Positions 1 to 13,341 of a DNA stretch of 64,000 nucleotides are shown here, piece after piece. Source of the stretch: an uncultured Bacilli bacterium. GTDB lineage: Bacteria > Bacillota_I > Bacilli_A > RFN20 > DUOF01. Position numbers and translations under genes: made by a program. Each line of letters starts with the position of its first letter. Position 1 is the stretch's first letter. The stretch spans positions 18,789 to 82,788 of the forward strand of contig CAKPSD010000003.1 of assembly GCA_934183255.1 (NCBI GenBank). The letters run 5' to 3'. Under the pieces are notes generated by a model that did not search any database, had not been told where the DNA came from, and saw only the letters and a program-made list of their open reading frames with translations.

Positions 1-3940
<3,940 letters not shown>

Positions 3941-4022
3941 TATAGTTTAACATTATAATTTGCAACTGTCAATTTACTTTTCATTTATTTTTAAAATTAT
4001 TTACTTACTTTAAATAGAATAT

Positions 4023-4637
4023 TTAACTAATTATTTTTTTAATTGCTCTCAAAACATAAAAGCCACTATCTCTTTTAACTATAGTAGCATTACCAAAAAC
4101 TCTTTCAATCTCTTTTTTAGCACTATCAGCGCCATGACTTTTTCTTATAACAATCCATAATTCTCCAAAATCATTTAAATAATCATATGCTTTGTCAAAT
4201 ATTTCAAAAACTATCTTTTTGCCCGCTCTAATTGGTGGATTACTTATAATTACATCATATTTATCGCTTGCTTTTTCATAAAGATTACTTTCATATACTT
4301 TGCATTTATTAGTTTTATTTAATTTAATATTTTCTTCACACAAAGAAATAGCTCTTTCATTAATTTCTAACATATCCACATCTTCATTATTAATCTTAGA
4401 AATAACTATTCCAAGTAAACCTACACCTGCTCCAACATCTAGCGTCTTTCCTTTTTTACCTATTTTTAAATAATTTTCTAAAAGAATAGAACTACCTTCA
4501 TCAATTTCATTTTTAGAAAACACACCATTATCACTAAAAAACTCAAAAGAAACATTATTATAACTATAATAAAGTTTTCTTTTTTCACTTTTTAAATTAT
4601 TATCATTTATAAAATAATGAGACATAGATATCACCAT
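4023..4637 (-). CDS. Class I SAM-dependent methyltransferase (RsmC/YbxB-like small rRNA methyltransferase)
   Basis: Contains the SAM-binding loop LDVGAGVGLLG and the NPPIRAGK motif (NPPxxxG type). It occupies the B. subtilis ybxB position between rplL and rpoB. The start may be the ATG at comp. 4623-4625 (MSHYF...), which follows GGTGA. Confidence 0.8.
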   Translation of the reverse strand: MVISMSHYFINDNNLKSEKRKLYYSYNNVSFEFFSDNGVFSKNEIDEGSSILLENYLKIGKKGKTLDVGAGVGLLGIVISKINNEDVDMLEINERAISLCEENIKLNKTNKCKVYESNLYEKASDKYDVIISNPPIRAGKKIVFEIFDKAYDYLNDFGELWIVIRKSHGADSAKKEIERVFGNATIVKRDSGFYVLRAIKKIIS

Positions 4638-4651
4638 AAAAATTATACAAA

Positions 4652-4676
4652 TAAAAAAAGTCTAATTAAAGACTTT
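4652..4676 (-). terminator. Rho-independent terminator after the Zn-ribbon gene
   Basis: On the minus strand the stem AAAGTCT/AGACTTT (4657-4663 / 4670-4676) has a 6-nt loop and is followed by a U-run (plus-strand A-run 4653-4659). Confidence 0.6.
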
Positions 4677-4686
4677 ATTAATATTT

Positions 4687-5208
4687 TTATAATTCTTTCC
4701 CACAATTTCTGCAGAATTTATCACTAACTTCATTTTGCTCCCCACAACTAGGACATTTAGTTTTCACTTTTAATGGTGTGCCACACTTACTACAAAACAT
4801 TTCATTTTCATCTATTTGATCACCACATTTTGGACATTTTTCATCTGTGTCCATTAGTTTAGAACTAACATCTACAACCACAATCATAAAACCCGCTCTT
4901 AACATTGTAATACCAATGGCTAACACAATAGCACCCGCAAATATAAAACAAAATCCAGAAAGAGCATGAACAATAATATTTCCCGAAGATATTTCGTTAT
5001 TTTCTATATTGTTAAAATTATCTTTAATGATATCATTAATAGGATCAAACATAACAGCAAATCCAGAAATTAAGCCGGCTACACCGACAATAATTAAAAT
5101 TATCCCCCATATAATAAAATGCTTTCTAATTTTTTTTGCCTTTTCTGAACTAAAAGTTTTCCCAACATTTCTATTAATTTCTCTAGCGTAATTTGTAAAA
5201 TGCCACAT
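4687..5208 (-). CDS. Membrane protein with a C-terminal double zinc-ribbon
   Basis: Two hydrophobic helices (IIWGIILIIVGVAGLISGFAVMF and CFIFAGAIVLAIGITMLRAGFMIVVV) are followed by CPKCG...CSKCG...CPSCG...CRNCG (four CxxC pairs). I trimmed the start to the ATG at comp. 5206-5208 (MWHFTNY...), which follows AAGGAG with an 8-nt spacer. The longer tracked ORF (to 5277) overlaps the rplL terminator. Confidence 0.75.
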   Translation of the reverse strand: MWHFTNYAREINRNVGKTFSSEKAKKIRKHFIIWGIILIIVGVAGLISGFAVMFDPINDIIKDNFNNIENNEISSGNIIVHALSGFCFIFAGAIVLAIGITMLRAGFMIVVVDVSSKLMDTDEKCPKCGDQIDENEMFCSKCGTPLKVKTKCPSCGEQNEVSDKFCRNCGKEL

Positions 5209-5273
5209 ATCTTCAGCTCCTTTGCAACCAATAACATAGTAGCATATATTAAACAATTTTAATATAAATTGTA

Positions 5274-5299
5274 ACAAAAAAAGAGCTCAATGAGCTCTT
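5274..5299 (-). terminator. Rho-independent terminator after rplL
   Basis: On the minus strand, AAGAGCTC-att-GAGCTCTT (5281-5299) is followed by TTTTTTT (plus-strand A-run ending at 5280). Confidence 0.7.
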
Positions 5300-5322
5300 A
5301 ATAATCGCTAATTAAAGTTAAA

Positions 5323-5700
5323 TTACTTAACTTCTACTTCAGCACCAGCTTCAACTAATTTAGCTTTTACTTCTTCAGCAGCAGCAGGTGAAACTTTTTC
5401 TTTAATTACAGAAGGAACAACATCAGTTAATTTTTTAGCATCTCCTAGTCCTAAACCAGTGATAGCTTGGATAGCTTTAACAACAGCTAACTTAGAAGCA
5501 CCAACAGCCTTTAAGTAAACAGTTACTTCGCTAGGTCCTTTTGAAGCTTCTTCTTCAGCTGGAGCAGCACCTGCAGCAGCTACTGGAGCAGCAGCAGTTA
5601 CACCAAATTCCTCCTCTATTGCTTTAACTAAATCGTTTAATTCTAATATTGTCATTTCCTTTAAACTTGCGATTAAATCAGTTGTATTAATTTTTGCCAT
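5323..5700 (-). CDS. rplL: 50S ribosomal protein L7/L12
   Basis: 125 aa with the Ala/Glu-rich hinge ([16 protein letters not shown]) and a C-terminal domain reading [22 protein letters not shown]...EAGAEVEVK. Confidence 0.97.
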   Translation of the reverse strand: MAKINTTDLIASLKEMTILELNDLVKAIEEEFGVTAAAPVAAAGAAPAEEEASKGPSEVTVYLKAVGASKLAVVKAIQAITGLGLGDAKKLTDVVPSVIKEKVSPAAAEEVKAKLVEAGAEVEVK

Positions 5701-5723
5701 TTTTTATTTCCCCTTTCTTTTAA

Positions 5724-6212
5724 TTAATTTTTTTGATCGGCAACAGCTTTTACAGCACATGCAAATTTTCTAACTGGAGCTTGTAAACAACCAAGTAACA
5801 TAGAAATCATACCTAACTTATCAGGTAATGTAGCTACAACCTTCATATCTTTTGCATCTACATACTTTCCTTCTACGATACCACCTTTAACTACTAGCTC
5901 ATCATTTTTCTTTGCAAACTTTGTTAAAAGTTTAGCAGCACTTGTAGAATCCTTAGAAAATACAATTGCGTTTGGCCCAGTAAGTTCACCATTTAACTCA
6001 CTATAGCCAGCTTTTTCAGCAGCTCTAGAAACAATTGTGTTCTTGTAAACTTTCATAGAAGCATTTTCTTTTCTTAAATTTCTTCTAAGTTCGCTGATCT
6101 TATCAACAGTTAAGCCACGATATTCAACAACGATTGTAGAAGCACTATTTTTCATTTCTTCACTTACTTCGTTTACTAAGTTTTCTTTTTGTTCAAAAAC
6201 ACTTTTGTTCAC
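5724..6212 (-). CDS. rplJ: 50S ribosomal protein L10
   Basis: 162 aa with an L10-like sequence (VVEYRGLTVDKISELRRNLRKENASMKVYKNT). It lies immediately upstream of rplL. Confidence 0.95.
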   Translation of the reverse strand: MNKSVFEQKENLVNEVSEEMKNSASTIVVEYRGLTVDKISELRRNLRKENASMKVYKNTIVSRAAEKAGYSELNGELTGPNAIVFSKDSTSAAKLLTKFAKKNDELVVKGGIVEGKYVDAKDMKVVATLPDKLGMISMLLGCLQAPVRKFACAVKAVADQKN

Positions 6213-6365
6213 TATGTGTGCACCTCCTCTTTCTTTTTTTTATAATAAGCCAATTACCTTATTCAATAAAAAACCTCGTGTTACCACGAGGAAATAAATC
6301 AAGTTTATTTTAACCTCGGCAACCTTATTAAGTCTATCGACCGTTGCTGTCTTTGGTAATTAAGC
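6213..6365 (-). promoter_or_regulatory. Putative ribosomal protein L10 leader with an intrinsic attenuator hairpin
   Basis: This ~150-nt 5' UTR is relatively G+C-rich and lies between a good promoter and rplJ. On the minus strand it ends with CCTCGTG-gtaa-CACGAGG (6274-6291) followed by UUUUUU (plus-strand A-run 6268-6273), about 50 nt before the rplJ SD. The layout matches Firmicutes L10-leader attenuation. Rfam RF00557 was not run. Confidence 0.55.
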
Positions 6366-6371
6366 ATCATT

Positions 6372-6400
6372 ATTTTAATTGTTTATTTTATATTTGTCAA
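6372..6400 (-). promoter_or_regulatory. Sigma-A-type promoter for rplJ-rplL
   Basis: The minus strand reads TTGACA (6395-6400) - 17 nt - TAAAAT (6372-6377). Confidence 0.55.
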
Positions 6401-6405
6401 CTAAA

Positions 6406-7089
6406 TTAGAAGTTAACATCAACTTTAATACTAGGTCCCATAGTAGTTGTTATAGTTAAACTATTCATATAGTTACCTTTAACAGCAGTAGGTCTAGCCT
6501 TTAATACTATATCATAGATAGTCTTAAAGTTTTCATATAACTTATTAGCATCAAAAGATACTCTACCAATTGTAACATTGATATTTCCTTCTTTATCTGC
6601 TCTATATTCAACTTTACCAGCTTTAACATCTTTAACAGCTTTAGCTATATCCATTGCTACAGTACCAGTCTTAGGGTTAGGCATTAATCCTTTAGGTCCT
6701 AAGATTCTACCAATCTTACCTAGTTCACCCATCATATCAGGTGTAGCTACGATTACATCAAATCCAAACCAGTTTTCTTTTTGGATTTTTTCGATCATAT
6801 CTTTACCACCAACAAAATCTGCTCCAGCATTTTTAGCTTCTTCAGTTTTATTAGTAATTGCTAATACAGTTTTAGATTTTCCTGTACCATTTGGTAATAC
6901 TACAGCACCTCTAATTTGTTGATCAGCATAACGAGTATCAATGTTTAAATTGAAAGCTACATCTACGCTAGCATCAAACTTAGTTGTACTTGTCTTCTTA
7001 ACTAGTTCACAAGCTTCTTGTGCGCTATAAACTTTATTCTTTTCTACTAAAGCACTTGCTGCCTTATATTTTTTTCCTCTTTTTATCAT
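6406..7089 (-). CDS. rplA: 50S ribosomal protein L1
   Basis: 227 aa with L1-like sequence (GKKYKAA...[20 protein letters not shown]...[15 protein letters not shown]). Confidence 0.96.
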   Translation of the reverse strand: MIKRGKKYKAASALVEKNKVYSAQEACELVKKTSTTKFDASVDVAFNLNIDTRYADQQIRGAVVLPNGTGKSKTVLAITNKTEEAKNAGADFVGGKDMIEKIQKENWFGFDVIVATPDMMGELGKIGRILGPKGLMPNPKTGTVAMDIAKAVKDVKAGKVEYRADKEGNINVTIGRVSFDANKLYENFKTIYDIVLKARPTAVKGNYMNSLTITTTMGPSIKVDVNF

Positions 7090-7151
7090 ATCTTTCTATC
7101 CTCCTTGTGGTTCTAACGGACGAGTTTATCCTTCCACCTGTTTTATTTTAA

Positions 7152-7565
7152 TTATTCTTCTACTTCTACGCCCATGCTACGAGCACTACCAGCAACGATT
7201 TTCATTGCTGCATCTATATCGTTAGCATTCAAATCTGGCATCTTATATTCAGCAATCTTTCTAGCATCTTCTTTAGATAACTTAGCAACTTTTGTTTTCT
7301 TAGGGTTACTAGATCCACTCTTGATGTTACAAGCCTTTTTAATCATGTTAGTAACAGGACTTGTTTTGATTACGAAATCAAATGACTTATCTTCATATGC
7401 AGTGATAATAACAGGAACTACATCACCTTTTCTATCTGCTGTTTTCTCATTGAATTCAGTACAGAACTTAGGCATAACGATACCAGCACTTGCTAATGCT
7501 GCTCCTGGTTTTGCTTCTCCTGCAGGAAGTTGAAGCTTAACAACTTTTGCGATTTTTTTAGACAT
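7152..7565 (-). CDS. rplK: 50S ribosomal protein L11
   Basis: 137 aa with L11-like sequence (VKLQLPAGEAKPGAALASAGI...FCTEFNEKT...ITAYEDKSFDFVIKTSP). Confidence 0.96.
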   Translation of the reverse strand: MSKKIAKVVKLQLPAGEAKPGAALASAGIVMPKFCTEFNEKTADRKGDVVPVIITAYEDKSFDFVIKTSPVTNMIKKACNIKSGSSNPKKTKVAKLSKEDARKIAEYKMPDLNANDIDAAMKIVAGSARSMGVEVEE

Positions 7566-7655
7566 ATATTTACCTCCTTCTAAATTTAAGGCTGTGGTTC
7601 AAACAGAATAAAATTCTTCCCACTGCGCAAAAGTGCATTTTCATACACCTTGGAT

Positions 7656-7684
7656 ATATTACAATAAATTATAAATATTTTCAA
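7656..7684 (-). promoter_or_regulatory. Candidate sigma-A promoter for rplK-rplA
   Basis: The minus strand reads TTGAAA (7679-7684) - 17 nt - TAATAT (7656-7661). About 90 nt of structured leader lies before the rplK SD (GAAGGAGG). Confidence 0.4.
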
Positions 7685-7745
7685 TAGCAAAATATGATTT
7701 TTTTGTTTTTAACAAGAATAAAAAAGAAGAAGCAAATTCTCCTTC

Positions 7746-8300
7746 TTATTTATTAACCTTATCTACATCTGCAAAGTCAACTTCAACAGATGTTTCTCTA
7801 CCAAAGAATACTGAAGTAACCTTAACTAAACTCTTAGCTACATCAACACTTTGAATAACTCCTTCACTTCCCATTAAAGGACCGCGAAGAATCTTAACTA
7901 CATCACCAACATTGTAATCAGAATACATATCGTCTTCAACAACGCCAATGCCTTTAAGAACTGATTCAATTTGTTCTTTAGGAACTGGGAATGGTTTAGC
8001 ACCTCTACCACTTGATCCAATAAATCCAGTAACACCAGGAGTATTACGTACAACATACCAAGCTTCATCAGTCATGATCATTTCAATAAACAAATATCCA
8101 GGATATGTATTTTTCATTTTAATCTTATCAGTAGGTAAACCATCTTTTAAAACTGGAACTGGATGTTCTGCAACAATTACTCTAAAAATGTAATCTTGCA
8201 TATTCATTGTTTCAATTCTTCTTTCAAGATTTATTTTAACTTTATTCTCATGTCCAGAATATGTATTAACAACATACCATTTTTTCTCTACGTTTTCCAT
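7746..8300 (-). CDS. nusG: Transcription termination/antitermination factor NusG
   Basis: NGN domain (KKWYVVNTYSGHENKV) and a KOW region (VGDVVKILRGPLMGSEGVIQSVD). I moved the start to the ATG at comp. 8298-8300 (MENVEKKWY), which follows GGATGGGAG. The tracked ORF extends to 8315 with no RBS. Confidence 0.93.
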   Translation of the reverse strand: MENVEKKWYVVNTYSGHENKVKINLERRIETMNMQDYIFRVIVAEHPVPVLKDGLPTDKIKMKNTYPGYLFIEMIMTDEAWYVVRNTPGVTGFIGSSGRGAKPFPVPKEQIESVLKGIGVVEDDMYSDYNVGDVVKILRGPLMGSEGVIQSVDVAKSLVKVTSVFFGRETSVEVDFADVDKVNK

Positions 8301-8316
8301 TTTCAAAACTCCCATC

Positions 8317-8544
8317 CTAATATTTAATCATCTTTAATAATTTAGCAATTATAAAATCATCTAGAACAATATATAACCCAAATAATAGTATAAATGTCAA
8401 AACAACTTTAGAGGCTGTCTTCATAGTTTGCTTATTTGGCCATCTAACCATTTTCATTTCTCTAACTGTCAAAACAAAGAATTTAGCAATTGAAAATCCA
8501 ACTTTTTTAAAGAATCTTCCAATAGAACAAAAAAACTTCTTCAT
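8317..8544 (-). CDS. secE: Preprotein translocase subunit SecE
   Basis: 75 aa with a single C-terminal TM (VVLTFILLFGLYIVLDDFII) preceded by REMKMVRWPNKQ. It sits in the conserved rpmG-secE-nusG position, with RBS AAGGAGG. Confidence 0.85.
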   Translation of the reverse strand: MKKFFCSIGRFFKKVGFSIAKFFVLTVREMKMVRWPNKQTMKTASKVVLTFILLFGLYIVLDDFIIAKLLKMIKY

Positions 8545-8555
8545 ATTTAGCCTCC

Positions 8556-8705
8556 TTACTTACTTTCCTTATGAAGTGTATGCTCATTACATTTAGGGCA
8601 ATACTTCACAATTTCTATTTTTTTATTAACATCATATTTTTTTCTAGATGAAGAATAATTTCTAGATAAACACTTACTACAAACTAGTATAACTTTTTCT
8701 CTCAT
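8556..8705 (-). CDS. rpmG: 50S ribosomal protein L33 (49 aa; below the ORF-track length cutoff)
   Basis: My translation is MREKVILVCSKCLSRNYSSSRKKYDVNKKIEIVKYCPKCNEHTLHKESK. It has the CxxC...CxxC zinc knuckle and the HTLHKE(S/T)K ending typical of L33. RBS AGGTGA lies upstream, and synteny with secE-nusG fits. Confidence 0.9.
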   Translation of the reverse strand: MREKVILVCSKCLSRNYSSSRKKYDVNKKIEIVKYCPKCNEHTLHKESK

Positions 8706-8752
8706 ATATTAATCACCTATTACGCCTATAAACTTTAACATAAAATTTTTGT

Positions 8753-9331
8753 TTAGTCAATTTTTTCTATTATATCTTTTAGAATGTTCTTTATTTTAGA
8801 TGCTCTACTATAAATGCTACCTCTTGTTAAACCTAACATCTTTGCAATTTCATTATATGTATACCCATCAATTTTATAATCCACAATTAACTTATTAACA
8901 TCATCTAATTTATTAATAAGTTTCTCATATAATGTACTATCACAAAAATCATTCTTTTCTTCTGCTATATAATCAACATAACTTTCTCTACTATCCTCAT
9001 AAACCATATTATCAATAGATTTAATTTCCATATATCTCATATTTTTCTTAATATAATTAATCAAAGCCCTTTCAACAGATCTCCTAACAAAGAAATAAAA
9101 ACAACCATTTTCCTCATCATAACTTTCAATGCATCTTAAAAAAGCCATAAATGACTCTTGATATAAATCTGCATAATCAAAAAACTTATCATATTTATTT
9201 AAAATATCTTTAATAATGCCAAATATAAAATAATTATATCTATTTTGAAGAAGATCAAATGCATCTTGATTTTTCTCTCTCCATAAGCATACAAGTAAAT
9301 CATCGCTTATTTTATCTAAGCCTAAGAACAA
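8753..9331 (-). CDS. Sigma-70 family RNA polymerase sigma factor (occupies the SigH position)
   Basis: 192 aa. A region-2-like segment (YQESFMAFLRCIESYDEENG...FVRRSVERALINYIKK) and a region-4 HTH (YTYNEIAKMLGLTRGSIYSRASKIKNIL) are present. It has a TTG start after GAGGT. Its location between rlmB and rpmG-secE-nusG matches B. subtilis sigH. Confidence 0.75.
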   Translation of the reverse strand: MFLGLDKISDDLLVCLWREKNQDAFDLLQNRYNYFIFGIIKDILNKYDKFFDYADLYQESFMAFLRCIESYDEENGCFYFFVRRSVERALINYIKKNMRYMEIKSIDNMVYEDSRESYVDYIAEEKNDFCDSTLYEKLINKLDDVNKLIVDYKIDGYTYNEIAKMLGLTRGSIYSRASKIKNILKDIIEKID

Positions 9332-9343
9332 TTACCTCACTCC

Positions 9344-10069
9344 CTATAAAGGGAATCTATTATTGTATATTTGATATAAAAGAACAGCACATGCAACTGA
9401 TACATTTAATGAATTAACTTTTCCAACCATTGGAAGTCTCACTTTATAATCACAATTTTCACTAACAAGTCTAGAAATGCCTTTACCCTCAGATCCAACT
9501 ATTAAAACAATTTTACCATCATAATTAACTTCTCTATAATCAAGCGAATTACTTGCCTCTGCACCAACAATCCAATATCCTTCATCTTTCAATCTTTTAA
9601 TTGCTGAGTTTAAGTTAACTACTTCAACTACCTTTACAAGTTCAATTGCTCCAGTAGATGTTTTTGCAACAGTAGAATTAAGTGGACAAGAGCCATACTT
9701 TGAAATTATTACTCCATCAACACCAATTGCTTCACAACTTCTAAGAATAGCTCCAAAATTATGAGGGTCCTCAACGCCATCTAGCATTACTAGCAATGGA
9801 TTTTCCTTGCCTTTTAAATCATCTATTATTCTATCAAAATCATAATATTCATAAGTATGAACCTTAGCAACTATTCCCTGATGAAATTCATTACCCGCTA
9901 AATTATCTAGTTTACTCTTTTTACAAAAAAATGTTTTTATATTATTTTTCACCACTAAATCTAATATATTTTTATCTTTAAAAGTGTCTTGTATATAAAT
10001 TTCATCAATATCTTTTGCTTCTTTTATTCTAGAAACAATAACATTCCTCCCATATATATATTGTGACAT
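9344..10069 (-). CDS. rlmB: TrmH/SpoU-family 23S rRNA (Gm2251) 2'-O-methyltransferase
   Basis: An N-terminal SpoU substrate-binding-like domain is followed by SpoU motifs (DPHNFGAILRSCEA, LIVGSEGKGIS, NSLNVSVACAVLLYQ). It matches the B. subtilis yacO position. I trimmed the start to the ATG at comp. 10067-10069 (MSQYIYGRN), which follows AAGGAGAG. Confidence 0.85.
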   Translation of the reverse strand: MSQYIYGRNVIVSRIKEAKDIDEIYIQDTFKDKNILDLVVKNNIKTFFCKKSKLDNLAGNEFHQGIVAKVHTYEYYDFDRIIDDLKGKENPLLVMLDGVEDPHNFGAILRSCEAIGVDGVIISKYGSCPLNSTVAKTSTGAIELVKVVEVVNLNSAIKRLKDEGYWIVGAEASNSLDYREVNYDGKIVLIVGSEGKGISRLVSENCDYKVRLPMVGKVNSLNVSVACAVLLYQIYNNRFPL

Positions 10070-10118
10070 ACTAATCTCTCCTTTTTTTCTAACATTTATT
10101 TCAATACAGTTCCATATT

Positions 10119-10805
10119 CTATTCACGAGAAAGTTTTAACTCTATTGGATTATATTTTTTTTCAATTTCATCAATAAAAGCGTGGATATTATTTAAATCA
10201 GAATCTTTTTCAAAATCAATCAACACTTCAAAGCAACTATTTCCTTTAATTTTATGTTCAAAATTATTAACAAATAAATTGTTTTTTTCTAAACATTCTT
10301 TAAATTCTTTTATTGAATATTCCTCGTCTTTTATTACCATATAAACACTAGATATATATTTACTAGCATAAACCATTTTAGTTTCTACTTTTCTAAATGC
10401 AGTAAGTACAATTAGTGCTAATATAGTAGTTAAAATAGCTCCAAAATATAACCCATTACCACAAGCAAGTCCAATAGCAGCACTCATCCATATAGTAGCG
10501 GCAGTAGTAATACCCTTTATGTCTCTATCACTTCTAAGAATTGCACCAGCTCCTAAAAAACCTATACCACTAACAACTTGAGCAGCAACTCTACCAGGAT
10601 CACCACTACTAAATCCATACATTGAAATAAGCATTATAAGACAAGAAGCAACACAAACTAAAATATGTGTTCTAAGTCCTGCTGGTCTCTTGTATAGTTC
10701 TCTTTCAAAGCCTATAACAAAGCCTAAACCTGCAGATAACAAAATTCTAAAAACAACTAAAAGTTCAACACTTTTATTTAAAAACGAATTAATCCATGCA
10801 TCCAT
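10119..10805 (-). CDS. MgtC/SapB-family membrane protein
   Basis: Family signature GFERELYKRPAGLRTHILVCVASCL ... DPGRVAAQVVSGIGFLGAGAIL ... GITTAATIWMSAAIGLACGNG, plus a soluble C-terminal domain. Confidence 0.88.
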   Translation of the reverse strand: MDAWINSFLNKSVELLVVFRILLSAGLGFVIGFERELYKRPAGLRTHILVCVASCLIMLISMYGFSSGDPGRVAAQVVSGIGFLGAGAILRSDRDIKGITTAATIWMSAAIGLACGNGLYFGAILTTILALIVLTAFRKVETKMVYASKYISSVYMVIKDEEYSIKEFKECLEKNNLFVNNFEHKIKGNSCFEVLIDFEKDSDLNNIHAFIDEIEKKYNPIELKLSRE

Positions 10806-10985
10806 AAAAAAACTCCCCCATTACAAAAAAATTATAGCAAATAATTTCCAGTTCAATAAATATTTATCTTAAATATTTTAATAAATACCAATATATAAAG
10901 CATTTATTATCTTTTTTATTAAAAACAAAACATAAATAAATAAAATTAAAATAATATATGTTAAAATTAAGATGAGGTGAATTGA

Positions 10986-11471
10986 ATGATTTGTGCCAAA
11001 AATTTACAAGCAATAAATGAAATCATAGAGAAAAGAAAAAACATGGAAACTCCATTAATGATGATATTAAGTGATATTCAACATAAATATGGATACATTG
11101 ACTTAGAAGTACAACAAATAGTAGCAGATGCTTTAAATATACCTGTAAGTGAAGTATATGGAGTAGTAACATTCTACTCATACTTTTCATTACAACCAAA
11201 AGGCAAATATGTAATCGGCATATGCTTTGGTACTGCTTGCTATGTAAAAGGTAGTCAATCATTGTTAGATGCTTTCTCAAATAGGCTTGGAATAAAAGAG
11301 GGAGAAACCACTAAAGATGGTTTATTTACTATTGATATTTTAAGATGTATAGGAGCATGTGGACTAGCACCTGTTGTTAGTGTAAATGGCAAAATATATC
11401 CTCATGTTGCTATAAAAGATGTAGATAAAATAATTGAAGACTGCAAAAAGGAGGAAGCAAATAATGCCTAA
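10986..11471 (+). CDS. [FeFe]-hydrogenase NuoE-like [2Fe-2S] subunit (HydC/HndA type)
   Basis: Thioredoxin-like 2Fe-2S motif: CFGTAC ... CIGACGLAPVV. RBS GAGGTGA. It is translationally coupled to the next gene. Confidence 0.85.
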   Translation: MICAKNLQAINEIIEKRKNMETPLMMILSDIQHKYGYIDLEVQQIVADALNIPVSEVYGVVTFYSYFSLQPKGKYVIGICFGTACYVKGSQSLLDAFSNRLGIKEGETTKDGLFTIDILRCIGACGLAPVVSVNGKIYPHVAIKDVDKIIEDCKKEEANNA

Positions 11472-13341
11472 AATAAATAGTATTAATGAATTAGAAAAAA
11501 TAATTTATGATTGGGAAAATAATATTCGTGTTACTAAAAAATTATTAACTTTTTGTTGTTCTAGTGGATGTACAGCTAATAAATCTTTAAATATTAAAGA
11601 AATGTTTGATAATTTAATAAAAGAAAATAATTTACAAGATAAAGTTGAAACTAAAACTGTAGGTTGTTTTGGCTTTTGCTCACAAGGACCTTTTGTAAAG
11701 ATTTATCCTGATAATGTAACTTATAAATTAGTAAAAGAAAAAGATGTACAAGAATTATTCTCTTCTCATATTTTAAACAATCAAATCGTAGAAAGATTAG
11801 TATTTAAGAATGATAAAGGGCAAGTAGAAACTAATTACAATAATTTAGAGTTCTTTAAAAAGCAAAAAAGAATTGCGCTACAGGGGTGTGGTGAAATAAA
11901 TCCAAATAAAATAGAAGAAGCCTTTTCAAAAGGAAGTTATCTTGCTTTTGCTAGATGCTTAGGTAAATTAACTAGAAAGCAAGTAATTGATGAAGTAAAA
12001 GAAAGTGGACTTAGAGGAAGAGGCGGAGGTGGTTTTCCAACAGGAAGAAAATGGGAAACTGCTTATAATGCTACTGGAGATATAAAGTATGTTATATGTA
12101 ACGGCGATGAAGGAGATCCTGGAGCATTCATGGATCGTTCTATATTAGAAAGTAATCCTCACTCTGTAGTAGAAGGAATGTTAATTGCAGGATATGCTAT
12201 TGGTGCTTGTAAAGGATTTATATATGTTCGTGCAGAATATCCTCTTGCAGTAGAAAAGTTTACTAATGCAGTAGAAAGTGCAAGAGAGTATGGATTACTT
12301 GGAAATAATATCTTAGGAACTGATTTTAACTTTGACATAGAAGTAAGATTAGGCGCAGGAGCATTTGTTTGTGGAGAAGAAACTGCTCTTATTGCTTCAA
12401 TTGAAGGAAAAAGAGGAATGCCTACTGCTAAACCTCCTTATCCTGCAAATAAAGGATTATGGGGAAAACCTACAATAATTAACAATGTAGAAACATTTGC
12501 AAACTTACCTTTCATTTTAAAAGAAGGTGGAGTTGAAAAGTTCAAATCTGTAGGAACAGAAAAATCAAAAGGCACAAAAGTATTTGCCCTTGCTGGTAAA
12601 GTTAAAAATGTTGGATTAGTAGAAGTGCCAATGGGAATCACTTTAAGAGAACTTATTTATGATATAGGTGGAGGAATAGCTAACGATAAAGAATTCAAAG
12701 CTATTCAAACAGGCGGTCCCAGTGGTGGATGTCTTACAAAAGATGATTTAGACACTAAAATAGATTTTGATAACTTGATTGCTAAAGGATCAATGATGGG
12801 TAGTGGTGGTGCTATCGTTATGGATGAAGATAACTGTATGATTGATGTTGCTAAATTCTATTTAAATTTTATATGTGAAGAATCATGTGGTAAATGTTCT
12901 CCTTGTAGAATAGGCACTACTAGAATGCTAGAAATATTAGAAAAAATAAGTAATGGTAAAGGTGAAGAAAAAGATTTAGACGAGCTTGAAGAACTTGCTC
13001 ATCATATCAAAAAAGCTTCTTTGTGTGGATTAGGTCAAAGTGCTCCTAACCCAGTATTATCCACCTTAGCAAAATTCAAAGATGAATATATAGAACATAT
13101 AAAAGAACATAAATGCCGTGCCAAAGTATGCAAAGCAATGATTGAATATCATGTTGATTCAGAAAAATGTAGAAAATGTGGTTTGTGTGCTAGAAACTGT
13201 CCAGCACAAGCAATCCATGGTGTTTTAGGAAAAGAGCCATTCGCTATAGATCAAACTAAATGTATTAAATGTGGTTTATGTATGAATAGTTGTAACTTTA
13301 AAGCTATAAATAAAACAACAGGAGGAAATAATAATGGTTAA
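11464..13341 (+). CDS. [FeFe]-hydrogenase NuoF-like NAD(P)H/FMN subunit (HydB/HndC type)
   Basis: FMN/NAD motifs GRGGGGFPTGRKW and GDEGDPGAF. NuoF 4Fe-4S motif ESCGKCSPCRIGT...SLCGLGQSAPNP. C-terminal 2x[4Fe-4S] ferredoxin motifs CRKCGLCARNCP and CIKCGLCMNSC. I set the start at ATG 11464 after GGAGGA; the tracked ORF starts at 11434. Confidence 0.9.
   Translation: MPKINSINELEKIIYDWENNIRVTKKLLTFCCSSGCTANKSLNIKEMFDNLIKENNLQDKVETKTVGCFGFCSQGPFVKIYPDNVTYKLVKEKDVQELFSSHILNNQIVERLVFKNDKGQVETNYNNLEFFKKQKRIALQGCGEINPNKIEEAFSKGSYLAFARCLGKLTRKQVIDEVKESGLRGRGGGGFPTGRKWETAYNATGDIKYVICNGDEGDPGAFMDRSILESNPHSVVEGMLIAGYAIGACKGFIYVRAEYPLAVEKFTNAVESAREYGLLGNNILGTDFNFDIEVRLGAGAFVCGEETALIASIEGKRGMPTAKPPYPANKGLWGKPTIINNVETFANLPFILKEGGVEKFKSVGTEKSKGTKVFALAGKVKNVGLVEVPMGITLRELIYDIGGGIANDKEFKAIQTGGPSGGCLTKDDLDTKIDFDNLIAKGSMMGSGGAIVMDEDNCMIDVAKFYLNFICEESCGKCSPCRIGTTRMLEILEKISNGKGEEKDLDELEELAHHIKKASLCGLGQSAPNPVLSTLAKFKDEYIEHIKEHKCRAKVCKAMIEYHVDSEKCRKCGLCARNCPAQAIHGVLGKEPFAIDQTKCIKCGLCMNSCNFKAINKTTGGNNNG

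Noticed and set aside
7090-7151. Possible L1-binding regulatory structure in the rplK-rplA spacer, and in the rplK leader (7566-7655).
   Set aside because: Small stems can be drawn (for example GTGG...CCAC), but I cannot match them to a defined L1 operator consensus by eye. Left unannotated.
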